Positions 38,732-47,940 of a DNA stretch of 57,549 nt are shown here, one piece after another. Source of the stretch: Clostridia bacterium (lineage in GTDB: Bacteria; Bacillota; Clostridia; UBA1212); assembly GCA_017848335.1 (NCBI GenBank), contig JAGDAX010000163.1:1-57549 (forward strand). Reading direction: 5' to 3'. The notes beneath the pieces are model-generated. The model saw only the letters and a list, made by a program, of their open reading frames with translations. It was not told where the DNA came from and did not search any database. Made by a program: the position numbers and the translations under genes. Every line of letters begins with the position of its first letter. Position 1 is the first letter of the stretch.

Positions 38732-39181
38732 TCATCCCAGCGCGTCAAGCTTCGCGAGCTCGTCCGCATTGTCCTTCGGCTGCCTCAAATGGATCACCGC
38801 GGCATCCGGGTACAGCTTCGCGACCTTGGCGGAGGCGTTTTTGGCGCCGCCGCTGCCGCTGCAGAGCACGAAGGTCAGCTTCTTGCCGGACAGATCCGTG
38901 TCCCTGAGAACGGTGTTCACGGGGCTCGCAAACCGCCCGTTCCAAATGGGCGCACCAATACAAACCTCATCAAAGCCGCTGACGTCGCTGTCGTAATTTG
39001 TGAGCGCCGGCTTCTGGGAAATTGCCGCGGAAAAGCCGCCCTTCATCATCTGCGGAAAAAGCTTGTCGCTGAGCTTGAAGGGAGTCTCGACCCTCCGGAG
39101 CTCGAAGCCCTTTTCGGCCATTTTGGCGGCCACTGCGTCACCGTTCCCGCTGAACGAATAGTAGATAAAAAGTTTTGACAT
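38732..39181 (-). CDS. Flavodoxin-like protein
   Basis: IYYSFSGNG, FDEVCIGAPIW and GKKLTFVLCSGSG. Start at ATG 39181. Confidence 0.85.
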   Translation of the reverse strand: MSKLFIYYSFSGNGDAVAAKMAEKGFELRRVETPFKLSDKLFPQMMKGGFSAAISQKPALTNYDSDVSGFDEVCIGAPIWNGRFASPVNTVLRDTDLSGKKLTFVLCSGSGGAKNASAKVAKLYPDAAVIHLRQPKDNADELAKLDALG

Positions 39182-39210
39182 GGTGATTTCCTTTCGTTGA
39201 TCCGTGCACC

Positions 39211-39284
39211 TTTCGCAAATCCCTGCGCCATTTTCGCAAACCCCGCGGCCATTTTCGCAAACCCTGCGCCATTTTCGCAAACCG
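39211..39284. repeat. ~20-21-bp tandem repeat x4
   Basis: (GCCAT)TTTCGCAAA(C/T)CC units upstream of the flavodoxin gene. Confidence 0.7.
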
Positions 39285-39369
39285 GCACCTTAAAGCAAGC
39301 CCGGCGCTCTTGCCGCGGCTAATTCAAGCCGTCCCTGTCAAGGCTTGTCCCGGCAGCCCGCGTCGCGTC

Positions 39370-39789
39370 TTATTCAAACATCGCGATCTCCACGGAGTCC
39401 ATAAACTGGCACATGGAGAGGTTGAAATTCCTGTAGTCCGCCTCGGCGAATTCCTCCGCCAGCTTTTCGTCGTCCGTTTTCGCGAACACTGAGAGCCTGA
39501 CCAGGTCCGACTGGTTGAAAACCGTAATCACCAGCGGCAGGCGAATGATCCCGGAAACACCGCGAATGGTCAGATAGCCGTTTTCCTCGATATCCATTAC
39601 CTCCTCCGCGCTCGCGACCATGGCCTTCTTCTCGCCGGTGCCGCCGCTTCCCACGAATATCTCCGGGTCCTCGGTGTACCTGTAAACCAGCGAAGCCGCT
39701 TTGCAAATGCTGTCCCATCCGACCCTGTACGTCAACGTCCATTCCGAATAAAGCCAATCTCCGTCCTTTTTGACGCCCAATAATTTCAT
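39370..39789 (-). CDS. Hypothetical protein
   Basis: 139-aa ORF with an AGGGGG RBS. No recognised motif. Confidence 0.65.
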   Translation of the reverse strand: MKLLGVKKDGDWLYSEWTLTYRVGWDSICKAASLVYRYTEDPEIFVGSGGTGEKKAMVASAEEVMDIEENGYLTIRGVSGIIRLPLVITVFNQSDLVRLSVFAKTDDEKLAEEFAEADYRNFNLSMCQFMDSVEIAMFE

Positions 39790-40223
39790 ACCGATCCCCC
39801 TTCTGATATTGCCGCGAAGTTAAAAACCGAATCTCACGCGAAGCCCGTGAAGCTGCCGCCCGCGAAGCCGGAGCCCTTGATTCCCCGAATCCCCGACCCG
39901 CGAAGCCTCTTCCAAAGCACTTCCCGGTACGCGAAGGCGCCCCTTCCAAGGCACTGCCCGATTACAGTTTTAATATACCCCAGCCGCCCTTCAAAATCAA
40001 CCGGTTTTATATTTCCACGCTTTTCCCGGGCATTTTCCGGGGAAATTTCAAGCGTCCACGTTGCCGGATAAATTTCATACTTCCACATTTCCGGGTAGAT
40101 TTCAGGCGTCCGCATTGCCGAACAATCACCCACGGCTCAGCCGCAAATTCTCCGCAGCGCACCGGATTTCAAACGCCCATCTGCGCCGCAGTCACCGCAG
40201 TCCTCGCATGAACCGCCGGCCCT

Positions 40224-41213
40224 TCAGACGCCCTTCTCCAGCGCCCTGTACGCCTTGGTGACAAAAGCCGCGTAGCCCTCCCGCACGTCCGCGGGCGCCT
40301 CAATGCTGACCAGCCCCCCGAAGCCCACGATCCACGCGTAAAGCACGCTGTTCACGGCCACCTCCACGTCCGCCCGGAAGCGGTCCTCGCCGCATTGACG
40401 GGTCTTGACGGTCTCGCCGAAGCGGTCTATTATCGCGTCCATCACGGAATTGTCGCACAGCAGCTCCACGTTCCTGCGGTCGGAGGTGAACATGTGGTAC
40501 ATGGTGTTGAGGTAGCGGTCCAGGTCGAAGCCCCGGGGCATGGGCAGTGCGTCCTCGGGCAGCAGCTTCGGCGTCGCAGCAATACGATCCACCCGATAAT
40601 TCGTGACCGTGTCGTGCTTGTGGCACCAGCCCACCACGTAGTAGAAGTCGCCGTTCCAGACAAGCTGCCAGGGGCTGAAGCGGTACCAGTAGCCGTCGTG
40701 GCGCGGCTTGCGCTCTTTGCGGGCGTTGTACGCGAAGTACTGAAAGACGATCTGCCGCCGCTCGGTAATGGCCGTATTGATCGCGTCGACGATGCTCATG
40801 ACCTTGCGGTTGGTGCCCTTGATGCGCCTCTCCACGGAGACGTTGCGGATCATGCGCGAGGACGCGTGCTGCCCGGCAAGGGAGCTTATCTTCTCGATAA
40901 TTTTCCGGCTCTGGCTCTTGGAAATGAACCGGGCGGAGGCCACCGCGTCGATCATCATGCGCAGCTCGGAGTCGCTGAAGAAGCGGTCCAGCACGTTGTA
41001 TTTGTTCTGGGTGGACTTGGTGAGCTGGATGTCCATGCCGAGGCTTTGCAGCAGCTCGACGTCCGGGCCGATGGTGGTCCGGTGGGTGGGCATGCCGAAT
41101 TCCTCCTCAAGGATCTTCGTCAGCTGCGCCGTGGTGAGGCTGTGCTCCGGATCGGTGCGCTCGTACAGGATTTTCGCCAGGATGAAGGGGCGAAGCTTTG
41201 CGTCGTTGTCCAT
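40224..41213 (-). CDS. WYL-domain transcriptional regulator (wHTH-WYL-WCX)
   Basis: ILYERTDPEHSLT, DAVASARFIS, FSPWQLVWNGDFYYVV, YRVDRI and AIIDRFG motifs. Confidence 0.9.
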   Translation of the reverse strand: MDNDAKLRPFILAKILYERTDPEHSLTTAQLTKILEEEFGMPTHRTTIGPDVELLQSLGMDIQLTKSTQNKYNVLDRFFSDSELRMMIDAVASARFISKSQSRKIIEKISSLAGQHASSRMIRNVSVERRIKGTNRKVMSIVDAINTAITERRQIVFQYFAYNARKERKPRHDGYWYRFSPWQLVWNGDFYYVVGWCHKHDTVTNYRVDRIAATPKLLPEDALPMPRGFDLDRYLNTMYHMFTSDRRNVELLCDNSVMDAIIDRFGETVKTRQCGEDRFRADVEVAVNSVLYAWIVGFGGLVSIEAPADVREGYAAFVTKAYRALEKGV

Positions 41214-41256
41214 GGGGTAAACTCCTATCGCGAGTTAGAGTAGTCTCGTTTTCAAA

Positions 41257-41493
41257 TCATCTAATTATCATCTGATTAATTCTGACTTGTGCCATAGTAT
41301 ATCCAAGTGCAGCAGCTCGTTGGTATGCTTTAAGCGTTTGAACTCGATTCCCGGAATTACGAAAATACTCACCCATAACAAAAATTATCGTAGCGATACT
41401 TCTGCTGACCATTTTTGCGTAACTGTCATTTGGATTATACTCACCTTCTGAATCAGAAGAAAAAACTTTTCTTATCTTAATTGAATTAGCCAC
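41257..41493 (-). pseudogene. Short AT-rich ORF or remnant with a Sel1/TPR-like end
   Basis: YQRAAALGYTMAQ resembles a Sel1-like repeat. No good RBS, and the open frame extends upstream only to a TGA. Confidence 0.3.
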
Positions 41494-42511
41494 AAGGCTA
41501 TCCTTCTCTTCCTTTGTAAAATATTCTTGAGTGTATATATTTGACTTGTATCCATTTCGGTGGTTCCTTCTTTTGCATCAATGTCAGTATCGGCGTTCCT
41601 CAAGGTCTGCAATACTCGTGTATAGCCTTTGCTTCATATTTGCAAGTCTTTTAAATGAAAACCTCTGTCAAAACTGCTTATAGCATAATAATAAACCAAT
41701 TGTCAGTATACCCCACTTCCCGGCCCTTTTCAATACCGCACGCCTGTATTATTGAGAAAAGCCCCGCTGGTGTCGCTTTCAGCCGACAATAAAACGCATT
41801 TTTCACCCTTCCGCTTAATCTCTCGCATTCGTTTCCGGACGAAGAACAGGATTAAGCGATGAAAAATGATCGATGACTCAATGTCTGATAACGGATGTAC
41901 CTTCCCCGGGAACCGTTCCGGTTTTTGCGCGAACAGTCGCCAGTGAGGCGGTCAAACCGCGGTCAAACCGCCGCTACAAAAAATCTTGAAAAACCGGAAT
42001 TTCAATGCTATCATACTTAGGAGTAAGGTACTATTAAGAAACGTGCCGAACGCGAAAACGATGACATCGATTTATAAAGTTTTTAATAACAGATAAGATT
42101 AAAGTAAAATGGGTGACCTTATGAATTGTCTTTCAAGTATCGATAACGCATTCATCATATGATATAGCCCTTACTTCCAGGTGCCGTTTGTGTAACGAAA
42201 CAGATCTTGATGCAGAAACTCAAAAAGAAAAAACCATACAGTCTTTTAAGTGTTCTTGCCATACATACAGTGGCTGCTCAAAACGGGGACTAAACGGCGG
42301 TGCCGCACAGTCAACAGGCTCTCCTAAATGATTCGTGAGCACAATTTCACAACAATTGCAGTTGTAATAAAAGTCAACTGCATCGTTTCAAGAGTAAAGT
42401 ATAATGATGTTTCTTGCCGGATTTACAAGATCTGCTTGCACAGTCGCATTTTTAATAAGAATCATTTTTATCGTTGAGTGACGAATTTCACAATAAACGG
42501 AGGAAAACTGT

Positions 42512-44299
42512 TTGAAAAGACTAAAAAACATTTTATTGTCTATGGATAATAAAACAAGCACATACAGGGAGATGTACGAAGGTCCGATTTTTATTGTCCC
42601 CGAAGAGGGAATACCGTACGAAGATAGTGATAATGTATATTATGATGATTCAATTGGATACAAAATAACTCGAACAAACAAACTGGCTCTTGACAAACCA
42701 ACAATTACAATTCAAATTCCTGTTGATTTAATTGGGATTAGAAAATGTTCAATTGCGGCAGCAGATTATTGTTTGCGCTCACTCAAACCGTATATTGAAA
42801 GAATAAACGACAGTCTTTTCAATCGAAATCGCCCGGATTCCGAAAACGGAAAATTCCATGTGTATAATCCGGGTGGGGAAGTATTGGTGCGTAATACGTC
42901 ATTTTTTTGGGATTGCATACAAAAGGATTATGAAAGCGGTGCCGGAGTAACAGTGTTTTTAACAAATAAAAGCAAGGATGAATTTTCAAAAACGTGTCTT
43001 TGTGTTGTTATTCAAGCCCAGCTACCATCAAAAAGAATAAAAAAAACGATTCAGATGTTATGTAAAGATTTGCCGGCGGCTGTTAATTCTTTTGTTTCGG
43101 AATTTGATGTTTGTGAATTGGAGACTGTTTATGCGCTTGAAGATAAGCAAACCGGCATTCGTGAATGGTTAGGGAAGAACGGTTACTGTGCTTTTATCGC
43201 TAACGGAAGTATATTGCCTCGCGTTGGAGGAAGCGATCAACCGCTTCCAGACGCAGTTCCGTTTAGTTCTGCTCCTAACCACGAAATTGAAATTTGCGGA
43301 GTCTGCGGGATGGGAATCAAGTGCGGAGTAACTGTAATTTCCGGCGGTGGGTACTCCGGAAAATCCACATTGCTTGATGCTATAGCTGCAGGTATTTATA
43401 ACCATGTTTTGGGAGACGGTCGAGAACTATGCATCACTGACAGTAGTGCAATGACGATAGTCGCTGAAGACGGTCGAAGTATAAAAAGCGTTAATATCTC
43501 CCCATTTATTCAATGGTTACCAAAAGGCGACCCGCATAATTTTACTACCGATAATGCATCCGGCTCAACTTCTCAGGCGGCGAATATTATGGAAGCAATT
43601 AATTGTGGTTCTAAATTGCTTCTTATCGATGAAGACAGAAGTGCGACAAATTTTATGATTCGTGATAATGTTATGCGAGAACTTATTAATAAAGAACCTA
43701 TTACACCTTTCACTGATCGGGCACAAGAATTATACCAAACATGCGGAGTTTCTACTGTTCTTGTAATAGGTGGAAGCGGTGAGTATTTACCTGTTGCTGA
43801 CGAAGTGTTTGTAATGGACGGTTTTCAGGTAAAAGATGAAACAAAAAAGGCTAAGGACATCTGCAAAAAACACAAGTATACCAGATCTGTAATGACACCT
43901 GCTGTTTGGACACAGAAGCGCGTACTGTATTCAGAAGGATTCACTTCGTATCCCAAAGGAAGCGGAAGCGAAAAACTCGAAGTGTCGGCACAAGGTTTTA
44001 TATTTATGGGCGATGAAGAAATATCTGTTCGAAGTCTCCTGAATATTGTTACGAAAAACCAATTGGATTCTATAGGATATATGCTCCGTTATATTGCAAT
44101 AAAGAATACAGATGAAATTATTGATTCTGACATCCGGATTAAAGAATTATACAACCTCATTGAAGACAACAAACTTGACTGTATTTATTCCGGTTTTTTT
44201 ACAAAAACGGAACGTTTTCTTGATTTACCTCGTCCACAGGAGTTGCTGGCAGTAATAAATAGAATGAGAATGATTAAAATGAAAACAGGAGAAAACTAA
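42512..44299 (+). CDS. ABC-class P-loop ATPase ('predicted ATPase of the ABC class' / MRB1590-like family)
   Basis: FIANGSILPR, GGGYSGKSTLL, GDGRE, AEDGR, ASGSTSQAANIMEA, LLIDEDRSATNFMIRD and EPITPF motifs. TTG start with GGAGG RBS. Confidence 0.85.
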   Translation: MKRLKNILLSMDNKTSTYREMYEGPIFIVPEEGIPYEDSDNVYYDDSIGYKITRTNKLALDKPTITIQIPVDLIGIRKCSIAAADYCLRSLKPYIERINDSLFNRNRPDSENGKFHVYNPGGEVLVRNTSFFWDCIQKDYESGAGVTVFLTNKSKDEFSKTCLCVVIQAQLPSKRIKKTIQMLCKDLPAAVNSFVSEFDVCELETVYALEDKQTGIREWLGKNGYCAFIANGSILPRVGGSDQPLPDAVPFSSAPNHEIEICGVCGMGIKCGVTVISGGGYSGKSTLLDAIAAGIYNHVLGDGRELCITDSSAMTIVAEDGRSIKSVNISPFIQWLPKGDPHNFTTDNASGSTSQAANIMEAINCGSKLLLIDEDRSATNFMIRDNVMRELINKEPITPFTDRAQELYQTCGVSTVLVIGGSGEYLPVADEVFVMDGFQVKDETKKAKDICKKHKYTRSVMTPAVWTQKRVLYSEGFTSYPKGSGSEKLEVSAQGFIFMGDEEISVRSLLNIVTKNQLDSIGYMLRYIAIKNTDEIIDSDIRIKELYNLIEDNKLDCIYSGFFTKTERFLDLPRPQELLAVINRMRMIKMKTGEN

Positions 44300-46098
44300 T
44301 GAAGCGTTGGCGATTGTTTGTTAAATCAATACAATATTCAATAAATCTATTGTATCGCTCAAGCAAACTTTGGGTATTATTATATTCCTTGTTGCATTTA
44401 TTGTGTTCGTTAATTCCTTTGCTTTCAACTTTCTTAATAAAATGTTTGTTAGATGCGTTGCAAAATAATATAGAAATCATATTTAACATCGCACTGATCA
44501 TATCTTTGTATATTGCTTTGCTTGTTGTGTCATGCGCAATCAATTCGTTTAAAACAATCGTATATGATACTGTTACTAAAAAAGCTGAGCATTTATATGA
44601 TTGCGAACTTTCAGAAAAACTATCCGACCTTCCGCTTTCTTTTATTGATACGTCAGAGGGAAAAGACATAGTGGAGGATGTGAGATACAATAAAGAAGTA
44701 GCTGTTAGTTTAGTCCACCATATTATTCGTATTATTTCTTCATTTTATACATTTTTGATTGCGTTTATCACGCTCATGTCATTCAGTGTACTATTTTCTT
44801 TGATTTTTCTTGCGCTTACACTGCCGGGAGTGATTGCGGATGTATTTTATGATAAAAAATCAGATGAATTACGCCGAAAAACGGCTCCGGACGTTCGGAA
44901 ATTTTGTTATTATAGATGGATGCTGACAGATTCATGGCCTGCAAAAGACATACGGATGTATGACCTAACTGTTCATCTTAAAAAACGGTATGATGAGGAA
45001 AAAAGTATTTATCGAAAAGAAAATGCCGCTCTTGATCGAAAAAAAACTGTGGCCAATTTGCTCGCTGAACTCGTAATGAGAAGCGGAGAAATCGTATTTA
45101 CAGTGTTTGTAGTGTTCCTGACTATTGAAGGGAAGATTACAATTGGAGACGCTACTATGTATATTGGATTTGCAATTACAGCGGCCGCGTCTTTTCAAGG
45201 GATGACATTTGTTTCTGTTTTGATATATGCAAGAGTCACAGAAACAATGGGAAGATTGTTTGACTTTCTTGATATTTGTAATCCACAGACAACTGTTGAC
45301 AAACGCAGTATTGATTCATTTGAGTCCATTGCTTTTGAAAATGTTTATTTTAAATACCCTTTAACAGAAAAATATGTGTTATCCGGTATTTCTTTTTCAT
45401 TGAATCGCGGAGACACATTATCAATTGTTGGTGTTAATGGCTCGGGCAAATCAACGATTGTTAAACTTATGTTAGGATTATATGAAATTGAATCCGGATC
45501 AATTTTAATCAACGGATATCCTATGAATGATTATGATATCAATGATGTAAGACGAATGTTCTCGGTGTTGTTTCAAACTTTTGTGCAGTATCCGTTAACT
45601 TTAAAGGATAACATTGTTTTGTCCGATATTACCAAATCATATGATGATTCTGCAGTGGTTGGGTCTCTCATGCAAAGCGGAGTATATAGCGAATTACTGC
45701 CAAAACTTGAAAACGGTCTTGACTCCTATATGACTCGAAACTTTGATGACAATGGAACAGAATTATCCAAAGGGCAATGGCAGAAAGTTGCTTTATCACG
45801 AGCTTATTACAAAAATGCGCCAATTATTATTTTTGATGAACCGTCTGCTGCACTTGATGCTGAAGCTGAGGACAAAATATTCAAAAATTTCGAGGCAATA
45901 TCCGAGAATAAAACCGGTATTATGATCTCACACCGTATTTCTGCTGCACGAATGTCAAATAAAATTATTGTGATTGACAATGGAAGTGTCGTAGAACAGG
46001 GAACTCACGACGAACTTGTTTTGCTTAATGGTCTGTACTCAAAATTATATAATCTCCAAAAAGCAAAGTATGTTACTATAGAGGAAGATTATGAATAA
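44299..46098 (+). CDS. ABC exporter, fused permease/ATP-binding subunit
   Basis: N-terminal TM domain, GVNGSGKST, LSKGQWQK, IFDEP and ISHR. Translationally coupled to the upstream gene (TAATG). Confidence 0.92.
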   Translation: MKRWRLFVKSIQYSINLLYRSSKLWVLLYSLLHLLCSLIPLLSTFLIKCLLDALQNNIEIIFNIALIISLYIALLVVSCAINSFKTIVYDTVTKKAEHLYDCELSEKLSDLPLSFIDTSEGKDIVEDVRYNKEVAVSLVHHIIRIISSFYTFLIAFITLMSFSVLFSLIFLALTLPGVIADVFYDKKSDELRRKTAPDVRKFCYYRWMLTDSWPAKDIRMYDLTVHLKKRYDEEKSIYRKENAALDRKKTVANLLAELVMRSGEIVFTVFVVFLTIEGKITIGDATMYIGFAITAAASFQGMTFVSVLIYARVTETMGRLFDFLDICNPQTTVDKRSIDSFESIAFENVYFKYPLTEKYVLSGISFSLNRGDTLSIVGVNGSGKSTIVKLMLGLYEIESGSILINGYPMNDYDINDVRRMFSVLFQTFVQYPLTLKDNIVLSDITKSYDDSAVVGSLMQSGVYSELLPKLENGLDSYMTRNFDDNGTELSKGQWQKVALSRAYYKNAPIIIFDEPSAALDAEAEDKIFKNFEAISENKTGIMISHRISAARMSNKIIVIDNGSVVEQGTHDELVLLNGLYSKLYNLQKAKYVTIEEDYE

Positions 46099-47884
46099 AA
46101 CGAACAGTATTCTTAGCAATATTACAAAGAACATTTGGTTTGGAATCAAAACAAGCTTTTGCGCTTCAAAAAAATATTTTTTGCTAAAGTTTTTAGTGTT
46201 GGTATCGACAACCGTGATCCCACTAGTCAATATCTGGCTTTGGAAAGAGATTCTTAACGGAATAATAAATGTTGATATTAGTAAAGGGTATGTCACAGCG
46301 TGTCTTGCAATATATCTGTTGCTTAAATTGTGCACATATCTGTTAGCCAGATTTGATGAATATATCAATAGTCGCTACAGCGATGAACTGCACTTTTATA
46401 TTGAGAGTGTAATGATTAATAAAATATCCCGTATAGACTTGTCATTTTTTGACTCTGCGTCCATGAGTGATAAAGTTCGACACGCCAGAAGCAACTTTGA
46501 TATCATGTCGCAAATGACATGGTTGGTTTTTAATATCATATCGGAAATCTTCAATATTATTGCAACACTCACTATTGTCATCCACTATAAATGGTGGGTG
46601 GGAATTCTAACGATCATACTGTTAATTCCGTTTATGATTTATAACAAAAAACATGCTGATAATCGGCTCGAAATGGAGAAAGAACAGCTTCGCGATAACA
46701 GAAAATTAGATTTTTATAAAAATGTTTTCTTTGATACCAATATTCAATTTGAAATCAAGCTAAATAATATAGGCGGCTTTTTCATAAACCGTTATAAAGA
46801 AATATGGAATAATCTTTATAAAATTAACAAAAAAGCGGATATCCGCCACAGCATCGTGAATAGTGGCATTATGATATTGAATGTTTCAAGCGAAATATTA
46901 GTGCTTGCGGTATCTGTTGCAGATGTTATTGCTGCAAGAATCGGTATTGGTGATTTGCAGTACAATTTGGGTATGGTAACAAGACTTCGTGAGCAGGCAA
47001 GCGGGCTTATGAACGATTTGAATCGGTTTTTGATCAATAATAAACGATTAAACGAACTACAAGAATTTATAGCTATCAACCCGGAATATGAAAAGAGCGG
47101 GAAAAAAATACCGTCAAATAATCCGAAAATCGAGTTCTGCAATGTTAGTTTTCGTTATCCAAATTCGGAACAATATGTGTTGAAAAACTGCTCTTTTACA
47201 ATTGAACCGCATGAAAGAATCGGTATAATCGGATTAAACGGTTCCGGAAAATCAACAATTATAAAATTGATGTTTCGTTTCTATGACCCGCAAAAAGGGA
47301 ATATCAGACTGGACGGCGTAGATTTGAAAGAATACGATATTTATTCCGTGCGAAAAGTGTTTGGCGTACTGTTTCAAGATTATGTTACATATTGCCTGCC
47401 ATTGCGCGAAACTATTGCCTTGTCTGATTTTGAAAACCGGTTTGACGACGACAAATTGAACAAGGCTTGTGACATCAGCGGAGCAAGCACAATAATCAGA
47501 GATTGGGAAAAAGGTTATGACAGCGTTCTCGGCAGACATTATGCGGACGATGGAAAAGATCTTTCGGGCGGGCAGTGGCAGATTGTAGGACTTGCGCGTG
47601 CATATTTTAAAGAGAGCAAATTTATGGTTCTTGATGAGCCATCTGCCTCACTTGATCCTATTTCTGAAGATAGAATATTTGAACAACTTTATCACTTAAG
47701 CGAGGGTAAGAGTTCGATTACTATTTCTCACCGCCTTTCAAATACCATTCTTGCTGATAAAATACTCGTAATCAGCAACGGCCATATTGTTGAACAAGGT
47801 TCACATTTTGATTTATTGAAAAAAAACGGTGAATACGCGCGTTTGTTTAAATTACAAGCAAGCAAATATACGGCATCAAATTAG
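46091..47884 (+). CDS. ABC exporter, fused permease/ATP-binding subunit (probable heterodimer partner)
   Basis: TM domain, GLNGSGKST, LSGGQWQ, VLDEP and ISHR. Overlaps the previous gene by 8 nt. Confidence 0.92.
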   Translation: MNKTNSILSNITKNIWFGIKTSFCASKKYFLLKFLVLVSTTVIPLVNIWLWKEILNGIINVDISKGYVTACLAIYLLLKLCTYLLARFDEYINSRYSDELHFYIESVMINKISRIDLSFFDSASMSDKVRHARSNFDIMSQMTWLVFNIISEIFNIIATLTIVIHYKWWVGILTIILLIPFMIYNKKHADNRLEMEKEQLRDNRKLDFYKNVFFDTNIQFEIKLNNIGGFFINRYKEIWNNLYKINKKADIRHSIVNSGIMILNVSSEILVLAVSVADVIAARIGIGDLQYNLGMVTRLREQASGLMNDLNRFLINNKRLNELQEFIAINPEYEKSGKKIPSNNPKIEFCNVSFRYPNSEQYVLKNCSFTIEPHERIGIIGLNGSGKSTIIKLMFRFYDPQKGNIRLDGVDLKEYDIYSVRKVFGVLFQDYVTYCLPLRETIALSDFENRFDDDKLNKACDISGASTIIRDWEKGYDSVLGRHYADDGKDLSGGQWQIVGLARAYFKESKFMVLDEPSASLDPISEDRIFEQLYHLSEGKSSITISHRLSNTILADKILVISNGHIVEQGSHFDLLKKNGEYARLFKLQASKYTASN

Positions 47885-47940
47885 AAGCAAAAAGATATAA
47901 TACCAAGAACAAAAACGTAACCATTAATGAAAACAATCAT

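Noticed and set aside
42100-42335. RiPP precursor peptide upstream of the ABC operon
   Set aside because: The short frames lack a convincing RBS or leader motif, and the Cys-rich frame has no ATG/GTG/TTG start before its first Cys.
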